The notes beneath the pieces are model-generated. The model saw only the letters and a program-made list of their open reading frames with translations, was not told the DNA's origin and searched no databases. A stretch of DNA of 64,000 bases from an uncultured Acidimicrobiaceae bacterium (lineage in GTDB: Bacteria; Actinomycetota; Acidimicrobiia; Acidimicrobiales; Bog-793), in contig CAWGNK010000005.1 of the NCBI GenBank assembly GCA_963823945.1, forward strand, positions 262,057 through 326,056. Reading direction: 5' to 3'. Position numbers and translations under genes: made by a program. Of this stretch, positions 39,101-48,250 are shown piece after piece; the first letter of the stretch is position 1; each line of letters begins with the position of its first letter.

Positions 39101-39313
39101 ATGGACATCGAAGAACTCGGCGTGGGTCTTCAGTCGGATGACCCGGCGATCGGGCTGCGCGCCTCGTTGGCGCTCCATCGCCTGGCCGAGAGGGTCGAAG
39201 CGAAGCACGTCGCGGCCGCCCGGGAAGACGGCTGGTCGTGGCAGCAGATCGGCGACGCCTTGGGCGTCACCCGCCAATCGGTCCACACCAAATACGCCAA
39301 GGCGTCATCATGA
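39101..39313 (+). CDS. small helix-turn-helix protein (70 aa)
   Basis: C-terminal 'GWSWQQIGDALGVTRQSVHTKYAK' is a sigma-region-4/LuxR-like HTH. Its stop overlaps the start of the next gene (ATGA). Confidence 0.65.
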   Translation: MDIEELGVGLQSDDPAIGLRASLALHRLAERVEAKHVAAAREDGWSWQQIGDALGVTRQSVHTKYAKASS

Positions 39314-39822
39314 CCACCGCACCCGTTGTGCCAGGGATGCTGCACGCCTGGGCCATCTGTCTGCGGGCCGGTGAGGAGGCTCGTCGCCGAGGTGATCGCC
39401 GAGCCGGCACCGATCACGTCCTGCTCGCGCTGTTGGAGGATCCCGCGATCGAAGCCGAACTGGGCGTGAGCCTGCAGCAGGCTCGCCAGGCCCTTGCCTC
39501 GCTCGATCACGCCGCCCTGCGCGCGATCGGCCTGGGGTCCGTGACCGACGCTCCCGCACTGCCGGTGCGCGCCGTGCCGGCGAAGCCGACGATCAGAGAC
39601 GTCATGGGAAAAGATCGCCTCCGCATAACGCCGGCGGCAAAGAAAGTGCTTGAGAAAGCGTCCAAGCCCAACCGCCGGAGGCTCTACGTCACGGCCCGGC
39701 AGGTGCTGGCCCAGATCCTCACTCTCCGACCACCAGATCCTGCGGCGGTGCTGCTGGGCGCGCTCGGGGTGAACACGTCGGAGGTTCGGCGCCGATTGGA
39801 CGCGGTCACGCCCGGCAGCTGA
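39310..39822 (+). CDS. stand-alone Clp N-terminal (Clp R) domain protein
   Basis: Two Clp_N-like repeats: 'RRAGTDHVLLALLEDPAIEAELGVSLQQARQAL' and 'YVTARQVLAQILTLRPPDPAAVLLGALGVNTSEVRRRL'. There is no AAA+ domain. Confidence 0.72.
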   Translation: MTTAPVVPGMLHAWAICLRAGEEARRRGDRRAGTDHVLLALLEDPAIEAELGVSLQQARQALASLDHAALRAIGLGSVTDAPALPVRAVPAKPTIRDVMGKDRLRITPAAKKVLEKASKPNRRRLYVTARQVLAQILTLRPPDPAAVLLGALGVNTSEVRRRLDAVTPGS

Positions 39823-39943
39823 GTCCCCGTGACAACCACGGCTTCGAGCGAAGGCGCCCGCCTTGGGCCGGATCTGGCCAGGGCAACAGTCGCGAGCGGC
39901 CGCACCTGCCGACCCCGCCGGGCGATCGCGGCAGGATAGGGGG

Positions 39944-40648
39944 GTGCTCGCCGTCGTGTCGCCGACCGCCTACTGGACGGCGGTCGGCCTCGGGGCGGTG
40001 ACGTGCGCGGTGGCGTGCTACGCGGCCCGGCGCCGGCCCGGTCCCTGGCGGGTCGTCGTCGCCCGCCTCGTCGGGTTGGCGCTGGCGGCGGACATCGTCG
40101 CCTACACCGTCGGTCTCGTCGTGGCGAGGACGTGGACCGCGGAGACGTCTTTGCCGCTCGCCCTGTGCAACGCCGGGGTCGTTGTGGCCGCCATCGCCTG
40201 CTGGTGGCGGGTGCCGCTCCTTGTCGAGCTGACCTACTTCATCGGGCTTGCCGGGACGCTGCAGGCGGTGCTCACCCCGGACCTGGATGCCGCCTTCCCG
40301 CACCTCGTGTTCTTCGAGTACGTCGTCGGTCACGTCGGGATCGTGCTCGCGGCCCTCTTCCTCGTGGTGGGGATGCGCCTGCAGCCCCGGCCCGGGGCGG
40401 TCCTGCGGGTCTTCGCGATCACCGCCGCCTACACGGCGTTCGTCGGGCTGATCGACGGCGTGACGGGTGCCAACTACATGTTCCTGCGGCGTCCCCCCGG
40501 CGAGTGGACGCTGCTGCGGCTGCTCGGGCCGTGGCCGTGGTACGTGGTGAGCGCCGCCGGGGTCGCGCTCGTGCTGCTTGGCGTGCTCGACCTGCCGTTC
40601 CGGCGCGGCCGCGCCGCCGCCCGTCGCGCCCCGGTCGCGCCGGGCTGA
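39944..40648 (+). CDS. integral membrane protein, YwaF/TIGR02206-like
   Basis: About 7 hydrophobic segments. 'FPHLVFFEYVVGHVGIVLAALFLVV' and 'GANYMFLRRPP' resemble that family. Start uncertain (GTG 39944 or 39863). Confidence 0.55.
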   Translation: MLAVVSPTAYWTAVGLGAVTCAVACYAARRRPGPWRVVVARLVGLALAADIVAYTVGLVVARTWTAETSLPLALCNAGVVVAAIACWWRVPLLVELTYFIGLAGTLQAVLTPDLDAAFPHLVFFEYVVGHVGIVLAALFLVVGMRLQPRPGAVLRVFAITAAYTAFVGLIDGVTGANYMFLRRPPGEWTLLRLLGPWPWYVVSAAGVALVLLGVLDLPFRRGRAAARRAPVAPG

Positions 40649-40690
40649 GCACCGCCCCACGCCGCCGGGACGACGGGGCCCGGGGAAGGG

Positions 40691-43378
40691 TCAGGCGGGT
40701 GTCCTGCGGCGCCGCGTGCGGGCGAGGTCGAGCGCCACGAGCCCGGCGAGGAGGGCGCACCCGCAGGCGGCGAGGGCGAGCCCCGTCCGCAGCCCGGGCG
40801 GGTCGTAGCGGAACGTGACGAGCGAACGCCCCGCCGGCAGCTCGACCGCCTGGACGACGCCCCGCTGCTCGAGGGCCGCGCGCGTCTGCCGGCCCCCGGC
40901 GACGACGGTCACGCGCCAGCCCGGGAGGTCGGCGACGCCGCGCACCAGTAGCACCGGCCGGGGGGCGTCGATGGCGACCGTCTCGGTCGGCGTCCACGGC
41001 GAGGACGAGACGACCCGGATGCCGGCGGCGGCGCGCCCGCGCCCCGACGGCGCGAACGCCGTCAACGGGCCGTAGGCGCGGGTGTTGCGGAGCAGCAGGT
41101 AGGTGCCGATCCATCCGGTGGCGACCCAGTGCGGTGGTCTGACGGAACCGGCGAGCAATCCGGTCGGCGAGAACGCGGCACGCCCGGCGGGTGACACGGC
41201 GACGGCGAGCGCACCGGGCCCGCCGCCGTGGCGGGGCAGGACGATCCCGATTTGGCGCCGCGCCGCCCGGAAGTAGGCGGTCGCGCGGTCGTCACCGGCG
41301 ACGACGCGGAAGGGCGCCACCTGTGACCGCAGCCCGACGAGGCGGATCCGGCGCGCCTCGGCGACGAGCCCACCGCCCGGGACACCCCGTCGCGGGGTGA
41401 TCTCGACCGAGGTGACGTCGACGGGGCCGCCGAAGTAGCGGGTCGTCGGGGCGGACCGGGAGAGCGCGATGAGAGTCGGGTGCCCCGGCGTGAGCGGCGC
41501 CTGGAACGCCCAGGGCAGCACGAGCGCCGCCCGCACGTCGAGCGAGTCGAACACCCCGGAGCGGAACGCCCGCGGCGCCGCCCTGTTCTGCCCGTGCGTC
41601 CCGGTGGCGTCCTGGTAGGCGCCCCACGTGAGCGAGCCGTAACCCTGGGCGCTCGAGATCCGGGTGAAGACGTTGAGGTTCGCTGAGCCGAGCTCGTTGA
41701 GGACCGCACCGCCGACGCGGAGGTGGTCGACGACGAGGAAGCGCCCGTTCGTCCCGACGGCGGCGGCGAGCTGGCGCTCGTAGCGGTTCGCCCCGCCGAG
41801 CTCGTTCGACCGGACCGGCGCGAGCGAGCTCTGGTTGGCGAGGAACACGACGAGGTCCACCACCGCGATGGCGACGAGGGCGCCGACCCGCCTCCGGCGG
41901 GCGAGCCCGGGTCCGGCGACGAGGAACCACGCCGCGGCGACGGCGATCGCGGCGGCGACGGCGAGGTAGGGCGCGACCCGGGCCACCGTCCACGGCCCGA
42001 GCCCACCCTGGGCCAGCGCGCGCGCGACGGTCTTCCCGCCGACGGCGACGGTGGCGAGCAGGGCGAGGATCGCCCCCGGGACGGCGAGCGGTGTGTAGCG
42101 CTCCAGGCGGTCCCGCCGCCCGCCGGGTGGCGGGGTCCGCGCCGGCGGGAGCACGCTCCCGGGGTCGAGGACCTCGGCCGCCCAGTAGGCGTAGAGGACC
42201 GAGCAGGCCAGCGCGACGAGCAGCAGGGCGCGGCTCGGCAGCCGGCTGTTGGCCATCACGGGCAGCCGCGCCAGAAGGTGCGGCAGCGGCGTGGCCGGGC
42301 CGACGGCGAGCACGAGGCCGACGGCGCCGATCAGGTACCAGACGCGGATTGCCGACGCCTGTGGCGACCGCCAGCGCCAGGCCAGGGCGACGACGGCGAC
42401 TAGGGCGAGCACGCCGGGGTAGGCGTCGATCTCGCCGAGGTTGTAGCTGCCGACGTACTTGGCGAGCCCGATCGGACCGCCGCCGAGGATGTGCGGCGCG
42501 AGCAGCAGCGGCAGCTGGGCGAGGCGCAGGGCGCCCGAGGTGAGGAAGGAATAGGCGACATGGGCGCGCTGCGAGATGGCGACGAAACGCGCCGTCGGCA
42601 GCACCTGCACCGCGCCGACGAGTGCGCCGGCCACGACGCCGAGGGCGAGCCACGCCGCCGTCGCCGACCGCCTGGGGGAGTGGATGAGGAGCGAGCAGGC
42701 GTAGATCGCGGCGCCAATCGCGGCGTAGACGGCGAGCTCCGGGCTCCCCGCCAGCAGGGTCGCGGCGGTGGCGGCGCCGAGCAGTGCCGTCCAGGCCGGC
42801 CGGTGGGCGTCCGACCCGTGGGCGATCCGCTCGGCGGCGACGAGCACCCAGGTGATCGAGGCCGCCGTCTCGACGGCGTCGAGGTGGACGGCCTGGGAGG
42901 TGACGTAGCCGGCGAGGCCGAAGGTCGCGCCACCGAGCGCCGCGCACAGCGGTCGCAGGCCGCCGAAGCGCAGGAACGTGTAGAGCCCGACCGCCGCGGC
43001 GGCGAAGGCGACGACCTCGGCGGCGACCCAGGCGACGAGCGGCGGGAAGATCGCGAAGAAAACGATGTCCGGAAAGAGGGAACCGGAGTTGGACGAGGCG
43101 AGCAGCGGCGTCCCGCCCCAGGCGTACGGGTCGATGACGGGGAGGTGGCCGTGGCGGATGATCTCGCCGGCGAACACCCGGAGCGGGTAGTTCTGGATGA
43201 TGGAGTCCCCGGTGAGCAGCGGGTAGCCGAGGGCGGCAGGGATCGAGAAGGCGAGGAGCGGCAGCCCGACGAGGAGGCCGAGGGCGATCAGGTCGCCACG
43301 GGTCAGCCGCGCGGCTCGCACGGGTGGCTTAGTTGGCGCCGCAGGGGAGATCTTCCGCCGTCCGCGCCCAGCGGGCAC
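40691..43378 (-). CDS. large polytopic membrane protein, YfhO-like putative glycosyltransferase
   Basis: 895 aa. The N-terminal region 'GDSIIQNYPLRVFAGEIIRHGHLPVIDPYAWGGTPLLA' resembles the YfhO family. More than 10 TM segments are followed by a soluble C-terminal part and a final TM. Confidence 0.55.
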   Translation of the reverse strand: MPAGRGRRKISPAAPTKPPVRAARLTRGDLIALGLLVGLPLLAFSIPAALGYPLLTGDSIIQNYPLRVFAGEIIRHGHLPVIDPYAWGGTPLLASSNSGSLFPDIVFFAIFPPLVAWVAAEVVAFAAAAVGLYTFLRFGGLRPLCAALGGATFGLAGYVTSQAVHLDAVETAASITWVLVAAERIAHGSDAHRPAWTALLGAATAATLLAGSPELAVYAAIGAAIYACSLLIHSPRRSATAAWLALGVVAGALVGAVQVLPTARFVAISQRAHVAYSFLTSGALRLAQLPLLLAPHILGGGPIGLAKYVGSYNLGEIDAYPGVLALVAVVALAWRWRSPQASAIRVWYLIGAVGLVLAVGPATPLPHLLARLPVMANSRLPSRALLLVALACSVLYAYWAAEVLDPGSVLPPARTPPPGGRRDRLERYTPLAVPGAILALLATVAVGGKTVARALAQGGLGPWTVARVAPYLAVAAAIAVAAAWFLVAGPGLARRRRVGALVAIAVVDLVVFLANQSSLAPVRSNELGGANRYERQLAAAVGTNGRFLVVDHLRVGGAVLNELGSANLNVFTRISSAQGYGSLTWGAYQDATGTHGQNRAAPRAFRSGVFDSLDVRAALVLPWAFQAPLTPGHPTLIALSRSAPTTRYFGGPVDVTSVEITPRRGVPGGGLVAEARRIRLVGLRSQVAPFRVVAGDDRATAYFRAARRQIGIVLPRHGGGPGALAVAVSPAGRAAFSPTGLLAGSVRPPHWVATGWIGTYLLLRNTRAYGPLTAFAPSGRGRAAAGIRVVSSSPWTPTETVAIDAPRPVLLVRGVADLPGWRVTVVAGGRQTRAALEQRGVVQAVELPAGRSLVTFRYDPPGLRTGLALAACGCALLAGLVALDLARTRRRRTPA

Positions 43379-43495
43379 CTGGCCGGGGGGCTCGCGACGT
43401 CACGTGCGAACCGTATCCCAGCGCGTCCGGTGCGGGCGACCATCGGCACCGGTCCGGCCCCACATCCGGCGGGACCGAGTCGGTAGGCTCCTGGC

Positions 43496-45187
43496 GTGTC
43501 GACGGGTCTAGGCGACCGGCAAGCCGCGCCCTCCCGACCGGGCGGGCCGAGCGGACGCCGCCCGCATCTGCCCCGGCAGGGCAGCGGCGCGACGGCCGTC
43601 GAGCACCTGCGGGCGGCCTGGGGATGGGTCGACTCCCAGTTCGGCCGGTGGCGCCAACCCGCCCAGCCGGTCGTGCCCTACGAACCAGGCGTCACGAAGC
43701 TCGGCTGGTCGCTCGCCCGCCCGGCTCTCATGGGCTTCGTCGCCACGACGGCGATCTTCCTCGGCGCGACGCAGCAGAACTCCCCGTTCACATCGAAGAT
43801 CGCCGGTTCGTGGTACTGGGGCATCCCCGCGCCCGCCCTCGTGCAGGGCTACACCCCCGCCCCCGGGCAGTGGCTGTTCCTCGGCGTCGTCGCCGTCTAC
43901 GGCGGCATGGCGCTGCTGATGCGCGCCTGGTGGGACATCATCAAGCTGACCTCGGGCCGGCCGGGCATCCCTGTCGCGCGGCTGTGGCCGGTCTTCGCCG
44001 CCTGGGTGTTGCCGCTGCTGCTCGTGGCGCCGCTGTTCAGCAAGGACGTCTACGACTACGCCGCCCAGGGCGAGATGATGTCGCGCGGCCTCAACCCGTA
44101 CCAGTACGGCACGGGCGTGCTCGGGGCGACGCCGTTCACGCGCCTCGTCGATCACCTCTGGATCAACAACTCCTCGCCGTACGGCCCGCTCTTCTTGGTC
44201 ATCGACGGCTGGATCGTCGTGATCGCGCACCACAACCTGCTGTTGTCGGTCATCGGCCTGCGCTTCCTCGCGCTGGCCGGGGTGGTCCTGTTCGCCGTCG
44301 CCATCCCGTCGATCGCGCGCTCGTTCCACCGCGACCCCGCGGTGGCCTTCGTGCTGGCGGCGCTCAACCCGCTGGTGCTGCTCCACCTCATCGCCGGCGC
44401 GCACAACGACGCGCTGATGCTCGGCTTCCTAGCCGTCGGGTACGCCCTCGCCCGGCGGGGCCGGCCCGTCGCCGGCATCGTGGTGTGCGGGCTCGCCGCC
44501 GCCGTGAAGGTCCCCGCCCTCATCGGTGCCGTCTACATCGGTTGGGAGTGGCTCGGGACGGGGCGCAGCGTGCGTGAACGCGTGCGGCCCGTGGCGACGG
44601 CGCTGCTCATCGCGCTGGCGACGATGATCTGCATCTCCGAGGCCGCCAGTCTCGGCTGGGGGTGGATAGGAGGCCTGACGAACCCGGACACCGTGCGGTC
44701 CTGGCTCGACCCGGCGACCGGGGTCGCTCTCGTGGCTGCCCACGCCGTGACGGCGCTCGGCCTCGGCAACCACGTCCACGTGATCCTCACCGTCGTGCGG
44801 GGTTCGGCGGCGTGCCTCGCCGGCCTGATCGGGCTCTGGCTGCTTTTGCACTCGGAGCGGATCGGGCCCCTGCAGGCGCTCGGCTGGAGCCTGTTCGCCG
44901 TCGTCGTCCTCGGGCCGGTCGTGCAGCTCTGGTACCTGTCGTGGGCCTTCGTCTTCCTCGCGCCGGTCGCCGTGGGGCTGGCCCGCAAGGTGCTCATCGG
45001 GGTGTCGGGGATCGCCTGCTTCCTCGGCCTCACCGGCGGGCGGGTCTTCATCAACGAGATCAGCTCCGCCAACAGCGTGCTCGTCGCCATCGCCTGTGCG
45101 ATGCTCGTCGGCATCGGCGTGTTCCTGCTGCGCCCGAAGCACCCGCGGTCCCGTCCGACGCCCCGGGAGCTGGTGCGCTCGCCGTAG
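43496..45187 (+). CDS. polyprenol-phosphate-mannose-dependent alpha-(1-6)-mannosyltransferase-like GT-C (MptB/GT87-like)
   Basis: 'PLFSKDVYDYAAQGEMMSRGLNPY...SSPYGPLF' matches the conserved first extracytoplasmic loop of the MptB/DUF2029 family. Polytopic, 563 aa. Confidence 0.68.
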   Translation: MSTGLGDRQAAPSRPGGPSGRRPHLPRQGSGATAVEHLRAAWGWVDSQFGRWRQPAQPVVPYEPGVTKLGWSLARPALMGFVATTAIFLGATQQNSPFTSKIAGSWYWGIPAPALVQGYTPAPGQWLFLGVVAVYGGMALLMRAWWDIIKLTSGRPGIPVARLWPVFAAWVLPLLLVAPLFSKDVYDYAAQGEMMSRGLNPYQYGTGVLGATPFTRLVDHLWINNSSPYGPLFLVIDGWIVVIAHHNLLLSVIGLRFLALAGVVLFAVAIPSIARSFHRDPAVAFVLAALNPLVLLHLIAGAHNDALMLGFLAVGYALARRGRPVAGIVVCGLAAAVKVPALIGAVYIGWEWLGTGRSVRERVRPVATALLIALATMICISEAASLGWGWIGGLTNPDTVRSWLDPATGVALVAAHAVTALGLGNHVHVILTVVRGSAACLAGLIGLWLLLHSERIGPLQALGWSLFAVVVLGPVVQLWYLSWAFVFLAPVAVGLARKVLIGVSGIACFLGLTGGRVFINEISSANSVLVAIACAMLVGIGVFLLRPKHPRSRPTPRELVRSP

Positions 45188-45191
45188 CGGC

Positions 45192-45677
45192 TCAGAGCAG
45201 CAGCTGCATGAGGTCGACGTCGAGCCACCGGCCGAACTTGCGCCCGACCTCCCGTTCGGTGCCGACGAGTGCGAACCCGCACGACCGATGGAGGGCGATC
45301 GAGGCGTCGTGGTCGCCGACGATCCGCGCGATCACCGAGTGGAAGCCGTGCATGCGGGCCCGGTCGACGAGCTCGGCGAGCAGCGCCTTGCCGACCCCGT
45401 GGCCCCGGTGGGCCGACGCGACGTAGACGGAGTCCTCCACCGTCGTGGAATAGGCGGGACGCGGCCGGTACGGCGAGACCGAGGCGAAGCCGATGACCTC
45501 GCCGCCGTCCTCGGCGACGACGAGCGCGTAGGCGCCGGAGTGCTGCGCCATCCACTCGTCGTGCTCGGCCGGGGACCGTTCCACGAGATCGAAGGTGACC
45601 GTCGACCCGGCCACCTCGGCGTTGTAGATCGCGCGGATCGCCTCGGCGTCAGCTGGGCGCGCGGTGCGGATCTCCAC
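45192..45677 (-). CDS. GNAT N-acetyltransferase, phosphinothricin-acetyltransferase (PAT)-like
   Basis: 'IRTARPADAEAIRAIYNAEV...STVTFD' and 'HRGHGVGKALLAELV' (acetyl-CoA site). 161 aa. Confidence 0.85.
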   Translation of the reverse strand: MEIRTARPADAEAIRAIYNAEVAGSTVTFDLVERSPAEHDEWMAQHSGAYALVVAEDGGEVIGFASVSPYRPRPAYSTTVEDSVYVASAHRGHGVGKALLAELVDRARMHGFHSVIARIVGDHDASIALHRSCGFALVGTEREVGRKFGRWLDVDLMQLLL

Positions 45678-45779
45678 GCCGGTGACACTACCGAGCCGCG
45701 CGCGCCGGCCGAGGCTCGCCGACGGCGCGCCGCCGCTCGCGGGTAATATGCGACCCTCCGGGCCGGCACAGGGCCCGTC

Positions 45780-45852
45780 GCCCCCTTAGCTCAGTCGGTA
45801 GAGCACAGCCATGGTAAGGCTGTTGTCGTCGGTTCGATTCCGACAGGGGGCT
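45780..45852 (+). tRNA. tRNA-Thr (anticodon GGT)
   Basis: Hand-folded. Acceptor GCCCCCT/AGGGGGC, D-arm GCTC-AGTCGGTA-GAGC, anticodon stem CAGCC/GGCTG with loop ATGGTAA, T-arm GTCGG-TTCGATT-CCGAC. Confidence 0.9.
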
Positions 45853-45862
45853 CGCAGTCGAT

Positions 45863-45939
45863 GGCGGCGTAGCTCAGTTGGTAAGAGCACACGGCTCATA
45901 ATCGTGGGGTCGCCGGTTCGAGTCCGGCCGCCGCTACCA
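45863..45939 (+). tRNA. tRNA-Met (anticodon CAT, elongator-type), CCA encoded
   Basis: Acceptor GGCGGCG/CGCCGCT, anticodon loop CTCATAA, T-arm GCCGG-TTCGAGT-CCGGC, then A-CCA. Position 1-72 is paired, so it is not an initiator. Confidence 0.88.
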
Positions 45940-46030
45940 GACCCCGCCCGGTCACGGGCGGTCGGCAAAGGTCCTAGGGTGTACGTCGCACTGGTGACGG
46001 CGGCCAGGCCCGCAAGGCGAGGAGTGTCCG

Positions 46031-46195
46031 GTGGCGAAGAACGAGAAGCGGATCAAGGTCACCCTCGAGTGCGAGGTGTGCAAGCGCCGCAACTACATCA
46101 CGACGAAGAACAAGCAGAACGACCGCGAGCGCATCGAGATGCGCAAGTACTGCCGCTTCGACAAGCAGCACACCCTGCACAAAGAGACCCGCTAA
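46031..46195 (+). CDS. rpmG: 50S ribosomal protein L33
   Basis: Not in the ORF track (54 aa). My translation is [59 protein letters not shown] lies upstream. The thrT-metT-rpmG-trpT-secE context fits. Confidence 0.9.
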   Translation: MAKNEKRIKVTLECEVCKRRNYITTKNKQNDRERIEMRKYCRFDKQHTLHKETR

Positions 46196-46362
46196 GGGCG
46201 GGCGGCCGCCTCGCCGTCGCCGGAATCGGCGGCCGGCTGGGTGCCGCCTGGCGCGCCACGTGAGGCTCCTCGATGGAAGCCCAGGTTCGGCCCGGTGCTA
46301 ACGTCATACGGCCCAAGGCGGTGCGGCACGTGCGCGCCGGTATGGATGTGCGCGTCGCTTCT

Positions 46363-46435
46363 AGGGCAGTAGCTCAATTGGCAGAGCACCGGTCTCCAAA
46401 ACCGGCGGTTGGGGGTTCGAGTCCCTCCTGCCCTG
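46363..46435 (+). tRNA. tRNA-Trp (anticodon CCA)
   Basis: Acceptor AGGGCAG/CTGCCCT, anticodon stem CCGGT/ACCGG with loop CTCCAAA, T-arm GGGGG-TTCGAGT-CCCTC. Directly upstream of secE. Confidence 0.9.
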
Positions 46436-46463
46436 CTCACCTGCCCAACTGAAGGACGATGGA

Positions 46464-46775
46464 GTGAACAGACAGACGAGGCGGCTCCTCCAGAGACAAG
46501 GTCAGCTCGGAGCCGATGGGACGCCCGCGGCGCGGCGCGCCCCGTCGACGGTGACCCACCGGCCGGCCGAACGCGAGAAGGTCGGGATCGGTCGCCGGGT
46601 CGGCACCTTCCTGAGGGAGGTCCGCTCCGAGCTGTCGAAGGTCCTCTGGCCGCGGCGGGACGAGGTCGTGACGTACTCGACGGTCGTGCTGACGACGCTC
46701 ATCTTCATCGCGCTCTTGATCTTCGGGCTGAACTACGTGTTCGCACGGGGCGTGATCCACCTCTTCCCGAAGTGA
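46464..46775 (+). CDS. secE: preprotein translocase subunit SecE
   Basis: 'FLREVRSELSKVLWPRRDEVVTYSTVVLTTLIFIALLIF'. Single C-terminal TM. Position before nusG. Confidence 0.9.
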   Translation: MNRQTRRLLQRQGQLGADGTPAARRAPSTVTHRPAEREKVGIGRRVGTFLREVRSELSKVLWPRRDEVVTYSTVVLTTLIFIALLIFGLNYVFARGVIHLFPK

Positions 46776-46892
46776 GGGAGCGGCGCGCGGGTGGTTGCCG
46801 GGGACGGCGGGGACCGGGTCCGGTGATCGGCGACAACGAGATGGCGAGGCCCGGGTGCGGGTGAGGCAAGGGAACGACAGGCGACGAGGGCG

Positions 46893-47759
46893 ATGACGAC
46901 CGACGCACACGACGACGAGACGGGTGACGTGCTCGCCTCGACCGGGTTCGGCGAGGTGGAGTGGTTCGATGCCGCCCCGGTCCCGCCGGCCGACAAGGCG
47001 CCCGAGGCCGAGACCGACGGGGCCCCGGTCGAGGTTCCCGTGGCCGAGACCGACGCGGCCCCGGCCGAGGAGCCGGAGCCCGAGACCGGGCAGCCCACGG
47101 GCGAGACCCCCGACGACGCGACGCCGCCCGAGCCCGACGAAGCCGGTACCGAACCCTCCGAGGACGAGTTCGACGAGCTCGTCGAGTTCGAGGCGCCGCG
47201 GCCACCGAGTCCCTACGACCGTCCGGGCGAGTGGTTCGTCGTCCACACCTACGCCGGCTACGAGAACAAGGTGAAGTCGAACGTCGAGAGCCGGATCGCC
47301 TCCATGAACATGGAGGAGCGCATCTACGAGGTCGTCATCCCGATGGAGGAGGTCGTCGAGTTCAAGGGCGGCAAGAAGGTCACCGTGCAGCGGAAGGTCT
47401 TCCCGGGCTACCTGCTGTGCCGGTGCGAGCTCGACGACGACTCCTGGTCGGTGATCCGCCAGACCCCGGGGGTGACGAGCTTCGTCGGCCCCGGCACGAA
47501 GCCGACGCCGCTGTCTCGGGCCGAGGTCGAAGGCATCCTCCAGGTCCGGGAGGAGGGCGCCGAGAGCCCGCGGGCGCGGCGTCCCCGCCTCGAGCACGAG
47601 GTCGGCGAGACGGTGCGCGTGAAGGAGGGGCCGTTCGCCGATTTCACCGGCGAGGTCGCCGAGATCAACGAGGACCAGCTGAAGCTGAAGGTCCTCGTCA
47701 ACATCTTCGGGCGGGAGACGCCCGTCGAGCTGGATTTCAGTCAGGTCGCGAAGCTCTAG
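46893..47759 (+). CDS. nusG: transcription termination/antitermination factor NusG (with acidic N-terminal extension)
   Basis: '[17 protein letters not shown]' NGN domain. KOW '[40 protein letters not shown]'. The roughly 100-aa D/E/P-rich N-terminus is common in actinobacteria. Confidence 0.95.
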   Translation: MTTDAHDDETGDVLASTGFGEVEWFDAAPVPPADKAPEAETDGAPVEVPVAETDAAPAEEPEPETGQPTGETPDDATPPEPDEAGTEPSEDEFDELVEFEAPRPPSPYDRPGEWFVVHTYAGYENKVKSNVESRIASMNMEERIYEVVIPMEEVVEFKGGKKVTVQRKVFPGYLLCRCELDDDSWSVIRQTPGVTSFVGPGTKPTPLSRAEVEGILQVREEGAESPRARRPRLEHEVGETVRVKEGPFADFTGEVAEINEDQLKLKVLVNIFGRETPVELDFSQVAKL

Positions 47760-47784
47760 GTTCGCAGCGAGAGGAAAACGTTCC

Positions 47785-48213
47785 ATGGCCCGTAGGCGAG
47801 TCACCGCCGTCGTCAAGATCCAGCTCCCCGCCGGGGCGGCGACACCCGCGCCCCCGGTCGGGACGGCCCTCGGGCCCCACGGCGTCCAGACGATGGAGTT
47901 CTGCAAGCAGTACAACGCGGCCACCGAGTCGAAGCGGGGCACGATCATCCCGGTCGAGATCACGATCTACGAGGACCGCACGTTCAGCTTCATCCTGAAG
48001 ACCCCGCCGACGACCGTGCTTCTGCGCGAGGCGGCCGGGCTCGAGAAGGGCACCGGTCTCGCGGGGCGCGAGCAGGTCGGCACGATCACCGAGGAGCAGC
48101 TGGCCGAGATCGCCAAGACCAAGCTCCCCGATCTCAACGCCAACGATCTCGAGGCCGCGAAACTGCAGGTCGAAGGCACGGCACGGTCGATGGGCATCAC
48201 CGTCTCGCGCTGA
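47785..48213 (+). CDS. rplK: 50S ribosomal protein L11
   Basis: '[34 protein letters not shown]'. Confidence 0.97.
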   Translation: MARRRVTAVVKIQLPAGAATPAPPVGTALGPHGVQTMEFCKQYNAATESKRGTIIPVEITIYEDRTFSFILKTPPTTVLLREAAGLEKGTGLAGREQVGTITEEQLAEIAKTKLPDLNANDLEAAKLQVEGTARSMGITVSR

Positions 48214-48250
48214 GCGGACGGCGGCGACAGAAAGACAGAGGACGGAAGCG

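Noticed and set aside
38765-39286. 173-aa minus-strand ORF overlapping the HTH gene and its promoter.
   Set aside because: It is antisense to a better-supported gene with a clear promoter and ATGA coupling. Its translation has no motifs, and part of it merely reads through the palindromes.
36743-39830. Possible genomic island integrated at tRNA-Tyr (MFS transporter, small hypotheticals, HTH/Clp_N pair).
   Set aside because: There is no integrase or recombinase. I could spot no repeat of the tRNA 3' end downstream. There is no obvious compositional shift.
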